The notes under the pieces were generated by a model, which was not told where the DNA came from, did no database searches, and worked only from the letters and a program-made list of their open reading frames with translations. From contig JAEOTA010000006.1 of assembly GCA_016840085.1 (NCBI GenBank), positions 19,639 to 83,638 of the forward strand: a DNA stretch of 64,000 nt. Reading direction: 5' to 3'. Positions 31,964 through 42,091 of the stretch are shown here, one piece after another. A program made the translations under genes and the position numbers. Source of the DNA: Promethearchaeota archaeon. Lineage in GTDB: Archaea > Asgardarchaeota > Lokiarchaeia > Sigyniarchaeales > SOKP01. Position 1 is the first letter of the stretch; each line of letters starts with the position of its first letter.

Positions 31964-32120
31964 TGAGATTGTTTTAATTTGCATTTATCAAACTTTAAAA
32001 GTATGTAAAAATATTATCAAATTAAGAATTTTGGAAAAATTTAATTAAGATAAGAAATTATTAAAAAATAAGCTTCTTTTTAATAGATTATATTATTTTT
32101 TTTGCGAATGAGGTTCTTTC

Positions 32121-32447
32121 ATGGTTAATGAAACTACAATTATAATAAGAAACCGAAATGAAAAAGATAAATCAATTAAAGACGCCATATTTGCTTTTTC
32201 AGGTGGTAAGAAATCCCTTAAGATAAAGGGTGAAGGTGATGAAATAAGTACTGCTGTGGAAGTTGCAGAAATTCTAAAAAGTCGTATGTATCCTAGGTTA
32301 GAAATTGCAAATGTTTCCTTGGGAAGCCGGCCTTATTTTACAAATAAGCAGCGTGGGCGTAATAACCGAAATTTTAGAAATAGCAAAAATAAAATAGATA
32401 TAGTTTCAAATATAGCAATTACGATCCAAACTAAATCGTATTCTTAA
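32121..32447 (+). CDS. Alba-family DNA/RNA-binding protein
   Basis: IKGEGDEISTAVEVAEILK; VSNIAITI. Confidence 0.8.
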   Translation: MVNETTIIIRNRNEKDKSIKDAIFAFSGGKKSLKIKGEGDEISTAVEVAEILKSRMYPRLEIANVSLGSRPYFTNKQRGRNNRNFRNSKNKIDIVSNIAITIQTKSYS

Positions 32448-32452
32448 TATTT

Positions 32453-32623
32453 ATGAAATCTAATTTTAAAAATCTTGGTCCATTATTAGGTGAGACTCGA
32501 ACTACAGCGGTTTGTGCAATTTGCAATAATTTCATTTATAAACGTATATATGAAGATGAAAATTCTAAAGGAAAAAAAAAAATTGTATTTGTATGTTTGA
32601 ATTGCTTAAAGAATGAAAAATAG
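32453..32623 (+). CDS. 56-aa zinc-finger protein (below the track cutoff)
   Basis: MKSNFKNLGPLLGETRTTAVCAICNNFIYKRIYEDENSKGKKKIVFVCLNCLKNEK; two CxxC; starts 5 nt after the Alba stop. Confidence 0.7.
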   Translation: MKSNFKNLGPLLGETRTTAVCAICNNFIYKRIYEDENSKGKKKIVFVCLNCLKNEK

Positions 32624-32646
32624 CTTGTATTAGTAATTATTTTTAC

Positions 32647-33468
32647 TTATTCATCAGATTTCTCGGTTTTTTTCTGTCTCCTCTTTTCAAGATATTTTTC
32701 CCAGTCAAAAGACATAATGAAAAACATCACAGTGATTGTAACTAAAAGCAAGATAGCTTCCGTTATTATACCTGATTTGCCATTAGGCTCCAAGCCTTGA
32801 GCTGTAAATCCAACTGCTACAAAAATTGGCCAGCAACAATAGAATAATGTTGTAAAGTTCTTTCCGAGCCACCCAGGTATAATACATTTCCAGAAAGGGT
32901 ATTTAATCATACCTAAAGGAAGGAATAAAATATCATCTGGTAAAGGTGTTAAAGCAAACAGAAAAATATAGAAAGGTGTACGCTTCTCATTTTCAAGAAT
33001 CAATTTTCCAAATCCATTAATATTACTCAAAAGATCTAATTGCCTTTCTTCTGCGATCTTTTTTGTACCATATCCTACCACGTAACCTGTAAGTTCACCT
33101 AAAGCACTACCTAAACCTCCTGCTATAGCAAGGCCTAAGATTTCAATCCAGAAAGAGCTTGATAAAATTATTTGTCCTAAATTCAACCCAATATTAATAT
33201 ATCTAAGAAAGATTGAATTTGAAAGAGAAAAAAGTACAAAAGGAAATGGAACTGGAAATCCAATTGATGCTGAACCTAAAAAACAAATTACGAGAGATAT
33301 AATTATTGCCCAAAAATAATTTGTACCCTCTGTGATGCGAGTTAAATCTTGTCTCGATTCAATTATTGCGAATTGTACATTTGGAACAAAAAGAAATAGT
33401 ATAAGATATATTATAACAATTAGATAAAAAACGATAAAAACAATAATCAATTTTCTTGAAACTGCCAT
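32647..33468 (-). CDS. VTT/DedA-family membrane protein
   Basis: GLGSALGELTGYVVG; FALTPLPDD; GK motif. Confidence 0.85.
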   Translation of the reverse strand: MAVSRKLIIVFIVFYLIVIIYLILFLFVPNVQFAIIESRQDLTRITEGTNYFWAIIISLVICFLGSASIGFPVPFPFVLFSLSNSIFLRYINIGLNLGQIILSSSFWIEILGLAIAGGLGSALGELTGYVVGYGTKKIAEERQLDLLSNINGFGKLILENEKRTPFYIFLFALTPLPDDILFLPLGMIKYPFWKCIIPGWLGKNFTTLFYCCWPIFVAVGFTAQGLEPNGKSGIITEAILLLVTITVMFFIMSFDWEKYLEKRRQKKTEKSDE

Positions 33469-33472
33469 TTCA

Positions 33473-33862
33473 TTATTGTCTCTTAGTTATTTTTGTATTC
33501 AACCCATTCCGTGCTTTTAAGAGTAATTCTAGATTAGAACTAACTTTCCCTATCTTATTCACTTTATTCGGCATTTGAAAATTTTCTATTATTATAATAA
33601 ACTCATCTGTTTTAGGATTATAGACAATATCTCCTTGTTCCACAATTTTTGTGGATTTGGGATTAGGCCCTTTATATATCTCTAATCCAGGAAGAGTCCA
33701 ATATTTTTTTGTCCCGAAACTAAATCGACCTCTCAACACGAATGGCAGTTTATCAATTATCGCATCAGCGGAAAGAGGAGTAATATATCTGATGATGTGA
33801 CCCTCTAATGTGCCAATTCCAAATAATTCAATCTTTATTGGTACTAAGCCTGTATCGCTCAT
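33473..33862 (-). CDS. Cyclophilin-like fold protein (DUF369-like)
   Basis: PLSADAIIDKLP, VEQGDIVY and VNKIGKV. Confidence 0.7.
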   Translation of the reverse strand: MSDTGLVPIKIELFGIGTLEGHIIRYITPLSADAIIDKLPFVLRGRFSFGTKKYWTLPGLEIYKGPNPKSTKIVEQGDIVYNPKTDEFIIIIENFQMPNKVNKIGKVSSNLELLLKARNGLNTKITKRQ

Positions 33863-33968
33863 TTTAATAAATATAATTCGAGTATTGATCTTTATTTTAT
33901 CTTTTATTAATTTTCTAATTCATTAAATATTTGTTAAAAAAATCAAAGAATTTATTATTTATCTTAAT

Positions 33969-33983
33969 AAGAAGATTTAAATA
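33969..33983 (+). promoter_or_regulatory. Archaeal BRE/TATA promoter for the putative ncRNA
   Basis: Purine-rich AAGAAGA then TTTAAATA (33976-33983), centred about 27 nt before G34007. Confidence 0.55.
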
Positions 33984-34006
33984 ATCAAATTATCATATAT
34001 CTATTT

Positions 34007-34508
34007 GGACAATAGGTAGATATTGCATTGGAATTAGATACATAATTGCGGTTTAAACACCGATTCAAATTAATTTGATTCCTTTTTTCCGACAATTTTT
34101 TTATTTTTGATTTCAAATCATTTAAAACAATCCTAGATATATATTCAATTTGATTCCCAATGTTCCTGTAGTGCTCAATATTAAAGCTCAGAAGCTTGAA
34201 TTTTTACATAACTTCTGTAAAACCAGCAGAAAAATTAGCACTTTGGAGCTAAAATATAAGTTTATCATCTACGTAACGATTTAATTTATACATTCTTTAT
34301 AAGAGAGACTAGTTTACATAGATAATTTAAGTTCTGCTGATAATATATTGTTGTTTTATGATACTTGAGACATAAAAACAGCAAGAACATACTTTCTATA
34401 AAAAATAGTAAATAGGAGCTTTGATTACTTAATTGTTTCTTAGGATTATGCCTTTCTTAAGTTCCTTTGAATCAATTTTACTTTGAATAATCGGAGCGCC
34501 TATTGTCC
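34007..34508 (+). ncRNA. Putative ~500-nt structured non-coding RNA of unassigned class
   Basis: GGACAATAGG/CCTATTGTCC terminal helix, nested long-range pairings, upstream TATA, downstream T12, no ORF in the track. Confidence 0.6.
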
Positions 34509-35359
34509 TTTTTTTTTTTTAGATTTCTCAAATCATCCATAGTATCAATATCATAAAATTCTTTGTTAGTTCTTAGCCTAAATGCATATATTTTTCTACC
34601 ATTATCAATCATATAATTAAATGTTTCCCAAATTGTTTTTACTCTGATTGCACCTTTTAGATCTAAGATTACTTGGATAAATTTGTAATTGAATATAAAA
34701 ATGGGAATTATTTGATGAAGGACATCATCAGAAAAAATATCTCTTATTTTTACTTGAGAAATCCTTTTTAAAACAGATTCTGAATCGAATTTTTTGACTT
34801 CAGCATAAGAAATTAGATTATTTCTTTTATAGATTTGTTCTAATGCCTTTAATTCTATATCTCTATAAAAAACAAATGGATAATCGTGAATCAATTTGGA
34901 ATTTTTAGAAATTAAGAGTAAAATTTCTTTTAATATGTCTAAGTCAAAAACAGTATCCCCTGGAATTAGTATATAGTAATTGTTACTAGTGAAGAAATTT
35001 TGGTTCTTTGTAATAGATAAAAAAGAATATAGTGGTCCTAATTTGTACTGATTCTTAGCATCGATTATTATCAAATTTTTTTGTAAGGAATTATTACTTT
35101 TTTTTAATGTTGAAATAAAATCTCGAATGGTATCTCCTAAATACCCTATAACAACTGCTATTTGCTTTATTTCTAAATCGATTAAATTATTGATGGTATG
35201 ATTAATAATCGAAATATTATTTAGTTTTTCGATTTTAATTAATGGTTTTGGTAAGGATTTTGTAATTTCCTTAAGTCTTTTCCCCTCTCCAGCACATAAA
35301 ATGATAGCATATAATTTTTCTTTAAAATCATTCTTTAGTAATGACAATCCTATTCCCAT
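34478..35359 (-). CDS. Nucleotidyltransferase (NTP_transferase)
   Basis: AIILCAGEGKRLK, PKPL, PGD and DIDT motifs. Confidence 0.85.
   Translation of the reverse strand: MGIGLSLLKNDFKEKLYAIILCAGEGKRLKEITKSLPKPLIKIEKLNNISIINHTINNLIDLEIKQIAVVIGYLGDTIRDFISTLKKSNNSLQKNLIIIDAKNQYKLGPLYSFLSITKNQNFFTSNNYYILIPGDTVFDLDILKEILLLISKNSKLIHDYPFVFYRDIELKALEQIYKRNNLISYAEVKKFDSESVLKRISQVKIRDIFSDDVLHQIIPIFIFNYKFIQVILDLKGAIRVKTIWETFNYMIDNGRKIYAFRLRTNKEFYDIDTMDDLRNLKKKKDNRRSDYSK
34509..34520 (+). terminator. Oligo-T archaeal terminator
   Basis: 12 T immediately after the terminal helix. Confidence 0.55.
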
Positions 35360-36245
35360 CCATATCTATTACAATTGTATGTTCTTCTTGAGCTACTGGT
35401 TCATTAGATTTTTCTATTAAAATTGGATACTTATCTAATATTTTTTTTCCTATGAAAGATTCAAGAGTTCTCTGTATTTTATTTTTAGGCATGAGATTAT
35501 TATTCACTATCCAACGAGGTGAAAATGGAAGATGTCTAAAGTTTTTCTCAATTTTATTCATATAATTTAAATGTTCGTAAGGTATATTTTTCTTGGCACG
35601 CTTGACAAATCTAAAAATATATGCATGACTCCCATTCTCAACTTTTCCTACACCAGAAGTAGTAAAAGGTTCACATGCATATGCATCTCCAGGTTTTAAA
35701 ATTTGATTGTGCATTTTTTCCTTATAATTTGGAATGAAAGGTCCAGCATGTAAATTATATTGCTTCAACTCATGACCTCCCAAATTTGTTATGGGTCGTA
35801 AACCTCGATTTATAATTTTTTGGGCAATGGCTTCACCAAGCTCATATAATTTAGTTCCGGGATTAAATAATTGAATTGCTGCTTCAAGAGCTTCTTTTGC
35901 TGCCTCAATATAATTTTGAAGTTTTGGATCTTCATCAAGATTAATTGTAAAGGCCGAATCTGCAATATATCCATTATAATGAGACCCAACATCGACTTTT
36001 AATAGTCCTTTTTCCGGTATTAAAGTCTGATCGTCAATTAGAGGACTGTAATGAGCGGCAACCTCATTCAGAGACATATTAATAGGGAATGAAAGTTCGC
36101 AGTCATTTTTAAGAATTTCAGCTTCACATCTGTTGGCTATTTCTAAAAACGATTCACCTGGTTTAATGATTCTTTTCGCCAACCTTTTAGCTACAATAAC
36201 TGCCTTTCCCGCCTTAATATAATCTTGAATATAAGTATTATTCAT
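35328..36245 (-). CDS. map: Methionine aminopeptidase type II
   Basis: AAHYSP, DVGSH, IADSA, NLGGH, CEPF and QEEHT motifs. Confidence 0.95.
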   Translation of the reverse strand: MNNTYIQDYIKAGKAVIVAKRLAKRIIKPGESFLEIANRCEAEILKNDCELSFPINMSLNEVAAHYSPLIDDQTLIPEKGLLKVDVGSHYNGYIADSAFTINLDEDPKLQNYIEAAKEALEAAIQLFNPGTKLYELGEAIAQKIINRGLRPITNLGGHELKQYNLHAGPFIPNYKEKMHNQILKPGDAYACEPFTTSGVGKVENGSHAYIFRFVKRAKKNIPYEHLNYMNKIEKNFRHLPFSPRWIVNNNLMPKNKIQRTLESFIGKKILDKYPILIEKSNEPVAQEEHTIVIDMDGNRIVITKE

Positions 36246-36271
36246 TTTTTTATTTTTTCTTATTAAATAAA

Positions 36272-37591
36272 TTAGGGAGTTAATCTGTCAGGAGTTCTTG
36301 GATACATTACTGCTTCTCTTATATCATCTAACCCGCATATTATAGAAACCCATCTGTCGATTCCTAATCCTAGTCCAGCATGAGGAGGCATTCCATAATC
36401 ATAAGCAGTAAGGTGAGATTTGAAAGAAAGTGGGTTTAGTCCTTTTTCTTCAAGTGCCTTCATTAATTGTTCTTTATTATGAACTCTGGTTCCACCAGAA
36501 GTTAATTCTAGCATGCCTTTTTGTAAGTCGAAAGATTCACTATATTTTGGATTCTTTGAAGCCATGATGTAAAAGGGTTTAATAGACATTGGCCAATGAG
36601 TTATATAATAATATCCAGATAATTCATCTCCTAATCTTCGATAAGCTTCAGTTGGAATATCCTCGCCAAACTCAAGATTAAACCCATTTTTATTGTTGAT
36701 TAATTCAATGATTTCTTCATATTTATATCTGGGAAATGAAACTTCTGGTACTACAGTTTTATTTTCCATTTCTAAATATTTTAATGCGCCCATTTTATTT
36801 TCTCTGATATCTTTAATGGCATTATAGACCAATTCTTCCAATAGTTCAAGTACATCTTTCATTGTAACAAATGCCATTTCTACGTCTAAAGTAAATATTT
36901 CGCATAAATGTCTTTTAGTGCGACTTTTTTCAGCTCTAAAACAATCACTTATTTCAAAAACCTTTTCATATACTCCGCTTAATTGTTCTTTGTATAATTG
37001 TGCAGATTGAGTAAGAAATGCTTCTTTCTCAAAATATATAATGGGAAATAACTCAGTACCTCCTTCTGTTGCTGATCCTATAATTTTGGGAGTTGTTATC
37101 TCTGTGAAATCTCTCTTGAACAAAAATTTCCTAATAGCTCTAAGTAATTCTCCTCTAATCTCAACAATAGCTTGATTTTTAAGAGATCTCAGATCTAACG
37201 CTCTATGGTTTAACCTTAGATCGAGTTCTGATACTGTCTCTCCTGTCATATCTATAGGAAGTTTATCAGGTGTTTTATTTAATAATTTTATTTCAGATGG
37301 AATAATTTCAATTCCACCTGGTGCCTCGTTGAATGCTTTAACAATTCCTCTTACCATTATGCAGTATTGATATCCGAATTTGGTATTATCAAACACATCA
37401 TCAGAAACAACTCCCCTTTTTAAGGTTATTTGACGTTCTCCATATTTATCTTGAAGAGAAATGAATTTTAGCCCTCCAAGATTTCTATAATTACGAACCC
37501 ATCCGCCTAAAATTATTTCACGATCTACTAATTCTGGTGTTATATCTTTAGTATAATGAGTTTTTCTCCAATCTCCTAATTCATCTAACAT
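36272..37591 (-). CDS. aspS: Aspartate--tRNA ligase, archaeal type
   Basis: [21 protein letters not shown] and [14 protein letters not shown] motifs. Confidence 0.96.
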   Translation of the reverse strand: MLDELGDWRKTHYTKDITPELVDREIILGGWVRNYRNLGGLKFISLQDKYGERQITLKRGVVSDDVFDNTKFGYQYCIMVRGIVKAFNEAPGGIEIIPSEIKLLNKTPDKLPIDMTGETVSELDLRLNHRALDLRSLKNQAIVEIRGELLRAIRKFLFKRDFTEITTPKIIGSATEGGTELFPIIYFEKEAFLTQSAQLYKEQLSGVYEKVFEISDCFRAEKSRTKRHLCEIFTLDVEMAFVTMKDVLELLEELVYNAIKDIRENKMGALKYLEMENKTVVPEVSFPRYKYEEIIELINNKNGFNLEFGEDIPTEAYRRLGDELSGYYYITHWPMSIKPFYIMASKNPKYSESFDLQKGMLELTSGGTRVHNKEQLMKALEEKGLNPLSFKSHLTAYDYGMPPHAGLGLGIDRWVSIICGLDDIREAVMYPRTPDRLTP

Positions 37592-37650
37592 AAATCACAC
37601 GAAATTTCTTACTTAATTAAATTTTAAAAGGAAAAAAAGAATAAAATCTT

Positions 37651-38439
37651 TTGGTTTCTTATCTATTACTTATGGTAAATTTAAACTGGAAAGGAAAGAT
37701 TGAAAATAAAATAGAATCAAGTGATTCAATTCCTTTCTTTATTAAAGATATTTTTCTATCTAATCTAAATAGTCTAGAAACTAGGAATGAATGGTGGAAT
37801 CTCTTGATATTGGGAGATAATCTTTCAACATTGAATTCACTATTGGATAATTTTGCCGAAAAGATAACTTTAATTTATAGCGATCCTCCATTTGCAACAG
37901 GTGGAGATTATAACTTAAAAATTCTTGTAGGAGAAAATAAAGAAATAATAACTGATTTAGCTTATGATGATAAATGGAAAGATGGTTTAGATTCATATAT
38001 AGAATTTATGTATAGCCGTTTAAAATTAATGAAAAAATTGCTATCTCAGAATGGTTCAATCTATATTCATTTAGATTGGCATGTTTCTCACTATATTAAA
38101 ATTATTATGGATGATGTGTTTGGTCCTGAGAACTTTAGAAATGAAATTATATGGGCATATCCTGCTGCTTCAGCTAGAACTAAAAGATTTTTTATGAGAT
38201 CTTTTGATGTAATTCTATTTTATACAAAATCTGAAGATTATATTTTCAATGATGATCCTAATATCTATATGGAGTATTCAGACAGGGTAAAAAATGCATT
38301 AAAGAAAGATGAAAAGGGCATATTCTATTACAGAGGGGGAAGTCATAATGGAAAAAAATTATCAAGAAAAGTTTATGTAACTAAAAAGGGCATTTTTCCT
38401 CGTGATGTTTGGAATGATATCAAGAAGATCGAAAATTAA
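37651..38439 (+). pseudogene. C-terminally truncated N6/N4 DNA methyltransferase (beta class)
   Basis: GDNL, DPPF, GSIYIHLD, NEIIW and PRDVW present; stops before TQKP and the FxGxG SAM-binding motif. Confidence 0.85.
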
Positions 38440-38550
38440 ATGAAACGGAGATTGATGTTTCACTTTTAGCTCAAGGGCACCGTTTAAAGGATATCAATAT
38501 GCATGGAATTATATTGAGTAACGAATTCACATTCTATCTAAAATATTAAT

Positions 38551-41175
38551 TCAATCAGATGAATATCTCGTTATAAATGATTGATTAATTTTATTTAATA
38601 CTGCCTGAGAGATTGGATTCCCTTCAAGAATTAGATATTTTAAGTTTTTTAATCTAAAAATCGAGTCTGGAATCTCTTTAATTAAATTCCATGATAAATC
38701 TAAAAATTCTAGTGATGTAAGGTTTCCGATGCATTCAGGAATGATTTCAATATCGCAATACGCTAGAGATAGTTCCTTTAAATATTTTAAAGAACATAAG
38801 ACATCAGGAAAAACTCCAAAACTCCCTGATTCAAGTGAAATATAAATACTTATAATATGACCTTTTTTGTTGATCGTGTAAAATGCTCCAAATTCAAAAT
38901 TATAAGCATTCTCTTCTTTTTCTAGTTTATCAAAGTATATTCCCATTATTTGTAATACTCCTAAAACACATGCTTCAGAGGGAACCACTCCTTCATGGAA
39001 ATATTGCATCGAATACCTTTTTTTAGCTATTGAGAATACTTTTTCTGGAATATGAGTTAATCCTTTACCGTTGATATAAAGATGTCTTAAATGGTGTAAG
39101 GAATTTAATGACTTTGGGAATTTATCAATACAAAATCCCTCTATGTATCTTAATTTGGATAATAAACCAATAGATTCTGGTATTTCATCAATATCCCAAT
39201 AATGTAATTTGATCCCTATCACATGCTTATCCTTAGATTTTGCGTATGCGATATGAGATGCGCCATCATCTCGCTTCAATGCCCATAGTGATCCAGAACA
39301 CCAATTTCCACTTACCCCAATTTCAATATCTATATCACGATTATAGTAATATGACTTTTCATTCTCCATTGATATGGCTTGTAAATCTAAGAAAAATCGA
39401 GCTTCATCAATACATATATCATAAAATTTCGCATATCTTTCTAAGATTTGTGTTTTCAATGCTGTATAGATGTCAGATTCTAACTCATCTAAAATAGTGA
39501 ATAATGAGATTATAATTGTTGCAGATTTGACATTTTGAATTGTCCACTGTAATATTTCAATACTATTTATTGGAAAAAGATTAATTAATGTCTTAACGGC
39601 AGCAGATCTTACAAATTTATGTTCCTTTGATAATAATATATTCTTAAGAAAATCAAAATTTCTCTCATCTTTTAAAGCAACTCTTTCGAGAAATTCAATA
39701 CATCTTGTCTTAACAAAAATGGAATTACTTGACTTAAATAAAGAAATCAATTGGTTCGAAACCTCTTCTTTACTTATCTGATTATCTAAAAACCTCTTGA
39801 AAATATTGCTTGGTGTTAAAGGTAGTGTATCAATTATTTTCGGTTTAATTCTTAATGAAATTTTATCTGATTCTATGTTAAGGGGGTTCCCTGTAACATC
39901 TAAAGATGTCGATTTATTCAATCGAATAATTGATGAAGGAACCTCTTTAAAATTACAGTGTTGAATATCAATTATATTTAAGGAATGCAAATTTTCAAAA
40001 GTGTCTGGAAGAGAATCTATTAATTTACATCCGCCTAAAATTATTTTTTGAAGGGTATTTCCTAACTTTCCAATACTTTTTGGAATGCTTTTTAATGAGA
40101 TACAACCTCTTAAATTAAGTTCTTTCATAGATTTTAAATCTCCTATACTCTCTGGTAAAGAATTAAGGGAATCACAAAAACTAAAATCTAAAACTTCAAG
40201 TGAATCCAATTGACTTAAACTCTCTGGTAAGTCTTTTAAATTTTTCCAGAAAGCTAAATTTAGGTGTCTTAGAGTTTTCAAATTTCCTAAATTTTCTGGT
40301 AATGAAAATGCCCTTCTACATAAACTTCTAATTTCACTCCAAGAATTTATTGTATGAGTTCCCTTAGCCATTGAAATCAAATCTTTATCATATTCTCCTA
40401 AATCGAGAGTTTCAAGAGATTGTAAATTCCCTATTTCCTCAGGTATAAATTCTAATGATTTGCAACCACTCAAGTTCAGAGTTTTTAACGATTTTAATCT
40501 CCCTATCGACCATGGTAATTCTTTTATTGGAATATTTCTCAATTCAAGAGAACAATTGGAATTTCCAATCAAGTTTAATGCCTCAAGTGATTCAAGATTT
40601 CCAATACTCGCAGGCAAAGATTTCAATGAGCTTGTTCCAATAAAATTTAAAACTCTGAGATTTTTCAAATTTCCTATGGTTTCAGGTAAAGATTTCATAT
40701 AACCTGTTATTTTTAATTCTTCAAGGGCATTCAATGAACCAATACTATCTGGTAATGAACGTAAATTAGCGCTATCAATTAAATTAAGGACTTTTAAAGA
40801 TTTTAAATTACCTAAACTTTCTGGTAATGAATGTAATCTATTGCAATCAACATATAAACTTTCCAAATGAGTTAAATTTCCAATAGAATCGGGAATGCGC
40901 TTCAACTCTTTTAAATTCAATTCCTTTATGTGACCTTCTCGAGCAATAAATCCCATCCGCTTTTTTTGTACAGATTGATTAAATCTATCTGTAAGAAAGG
41001 AGCCAATTGTCTTATGTAAATATTTAGGTAATTCTTTGGGTAAATTGATTTCGGTTGGGGTCCACTCTTCCCAAAATCCGCTCATATCTTTTATATCAAG
41101 GTTAGAGATAGATTTGCCTAAAATAATCTCTAAATCTGAAAGAAACTGTTTCTCTTGTCTACATATCTGATTCAT
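38551..41175 (-). CDS. Leucine-rich repeat protein (LRR - HEAT-like - LRR)
   Basis: Many LPESIGNLxxLxxLxL repeats; central FVRSAAVKTL HEAT-like segment. Confidence 0.92.
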   Translation of the reverse strand: MNQICRQEKQFLSDLEIILGKSISNLDIKDMSGFWEEWTPTEINLPKELPKYLHKTIGSFLTDRFNQSVQKKRMGFIAREGHIKELNLKELKRIPDSIGNLTHLESLYVDCNRLHSLPESLGNLKSLKVLNLIDSANLRSLPDSIGSLNALEELKITGYMKSLPETIGNLKNLRVLNFIGTSSLKSLPASIGNLESLEALNLIGNSNCSLELRNIPIKELPWSIGRLKSLKTLNLSGCKSLEFIPEEIGNLQSLETLDLGEYDKDLISMAKGTHTINSWSEIRSLCRRAFSLPENLGNLKTLRHLNLAFWKNLKDLPESLSQLDSLEVLDFSFCDSLNSLPESIGDLKSMKELNLRGCISLKSIPKSIGKLGNTLQKIILGGCKLIDSLPDTFENLHSLNIIDIQHCNFKEVPSSIIRLNKSTSLDVTGNPLNIESDKISLRIKPKIIDTLPLTPSNIFKRFLDNQISKEEVSNQLISLFKSSNSIFVKTRCIEFLERVALKDERNFDFLKNILLSKEHKFVRSAAVKTLINLFPINSIEILQWTIQNVKSATIIISLFTILDELESDIYTALKTQILERYAKFYDICIDEARFFLDLQAISMENEKSYYYNRDIDIEIGVSGNWCSGSLWALKRDDGASHIAYAKSKDKHVIGIKLHYWDIDEIPESIGLLSKLRYIEGFCIDKFPKSLNSLHHLRHLYINGKGLTHIPEKVFSIAKKRYSMQYFHEGVVPSEACVLGVLQIMGIYFDKLEKEENAYNFEFGAFYTINKKGHIISIYISLESGSFGVFPDVLCSLKYLKELSLAYCDIEIIPECIGNLTSLEFLDLSWNLIKEIPDSIFRLKNLKYLILEGNPISQAVLNKINQSFITRYSSD

Positions 41176-41317
41176 AAATATTACCTAATCTTCTTTTGGA
41201 TTATCTTTTAGAGGAAATCTTTTTACTATATTTAAAATCCTTGAGTGCTGAATTATTTCGATATTTTGAATATCTGAATACCTTATATTGCTGTATCTTT
41301 TTCATTTTTAACAGTTT

Positions 41318-41977
41318 TCAATCTAAGACATCCCCATCTATACTAGACTGAACCTCATCACGAAGTCTCAAGGCATCTCTAAAATTAGGTCTTAATTCTA
41401 ATGTCTTATCTACCCATTCATGTGCTTTCAATAAATCACCTTTTTGCCTATATATTTCTGCTATTTCAAACCATAGCTCATAATTTCTTTTTGGGAAATC
41501 TCTAGAATTTTCACTTACGAGTTTGGTTAAAATGTCAATTACTTTCTCATATTTACCTTGATCATTATATACTTTTGAAAGGTTATATAAAGTTACGGGA
41601 TCATGTGGTCTTAGCTCTAACAATCGATCTAAGGTTTCAATACTTTTTTCATACTCACTGTTTAAGGAATATACCAAACCTAAGTTTAATAATGCCTTCT
41701 TATTCTTTTTTTTTCTTCCAAGTTTGTTAGATAAAAACTCTATAGCTCGGTTATAGTTCCCGCTTCTAATCAATAGTTCAAGTTGACTACTAGATGCGGG
41801 AGCCATCGTCGGGAGATACTTGACTGCAAATGCAATTACTCCTAACATTAGAAATGAGACTAACCCGATAACTATCTCATAGGGAAGAATCTCATAAATC
41901 CATAAGAAAATTAAACCTGTTGGTACTCCTATACTAGTAAGGATTAAAATTATTATCGAAAATCTTCTTGAAACCAT
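41318..41977 (-). CDS. Membrane-anchored TPR protein
   Basis: Two N-terminal TMs plus ~4 TPRs. Confidence 0.85.
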   Translation of the reverse strand: MVSRRFSIIILILTSIGVPTGLIFLWIYEILPYEIVIGLVSFLMLGVIAFAVKYLPTMAPASSSQLELLIRSGNYNRAIEFLSNKLGRKKKNKKALLNLGLVYSLNSEYEKSIETLDRLLELRPHDPVTLYNLSKVYNDQGKYEKVIDILTKLVSENSRDFPKRNYELWFEIAEIYRQKGDLLKAHEWVDKTLELRPNFRDALRLRDEVQSSIDGDVLD

Positions 41978-42091
41978 TCTTATCCCACTCTAATAAAAGT
42001 CTAATTACATATTTAAGTCTATTGACCGAGGCTTACACCTAATTTCTATTAATTAAAAATAAATAATAAAAAAACAAAAAAAATAATGTCA

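Noticed and set aside
34007-34508. RNase P RNA, tmRNA or tRNA identity
   Set aside because: No GAGGAAAGUCC/CR-V motifs on either strand and no tRNA-like T-arm or CCA end
34007-34508. MITE with 10-bp terminal inverted repeats
   Set aside because: Not excluded but disfavoured: single copy in the window, no convincing target duplication beyond T-runs, and strand-specific promoter, terminator and G.U pairs
482-40702. Short ORFs overlapping housekeeping genes (e.g. 10687-11067, 14987-15256, 29750-30037)
   Set aside because: Shadows of well-supported genes
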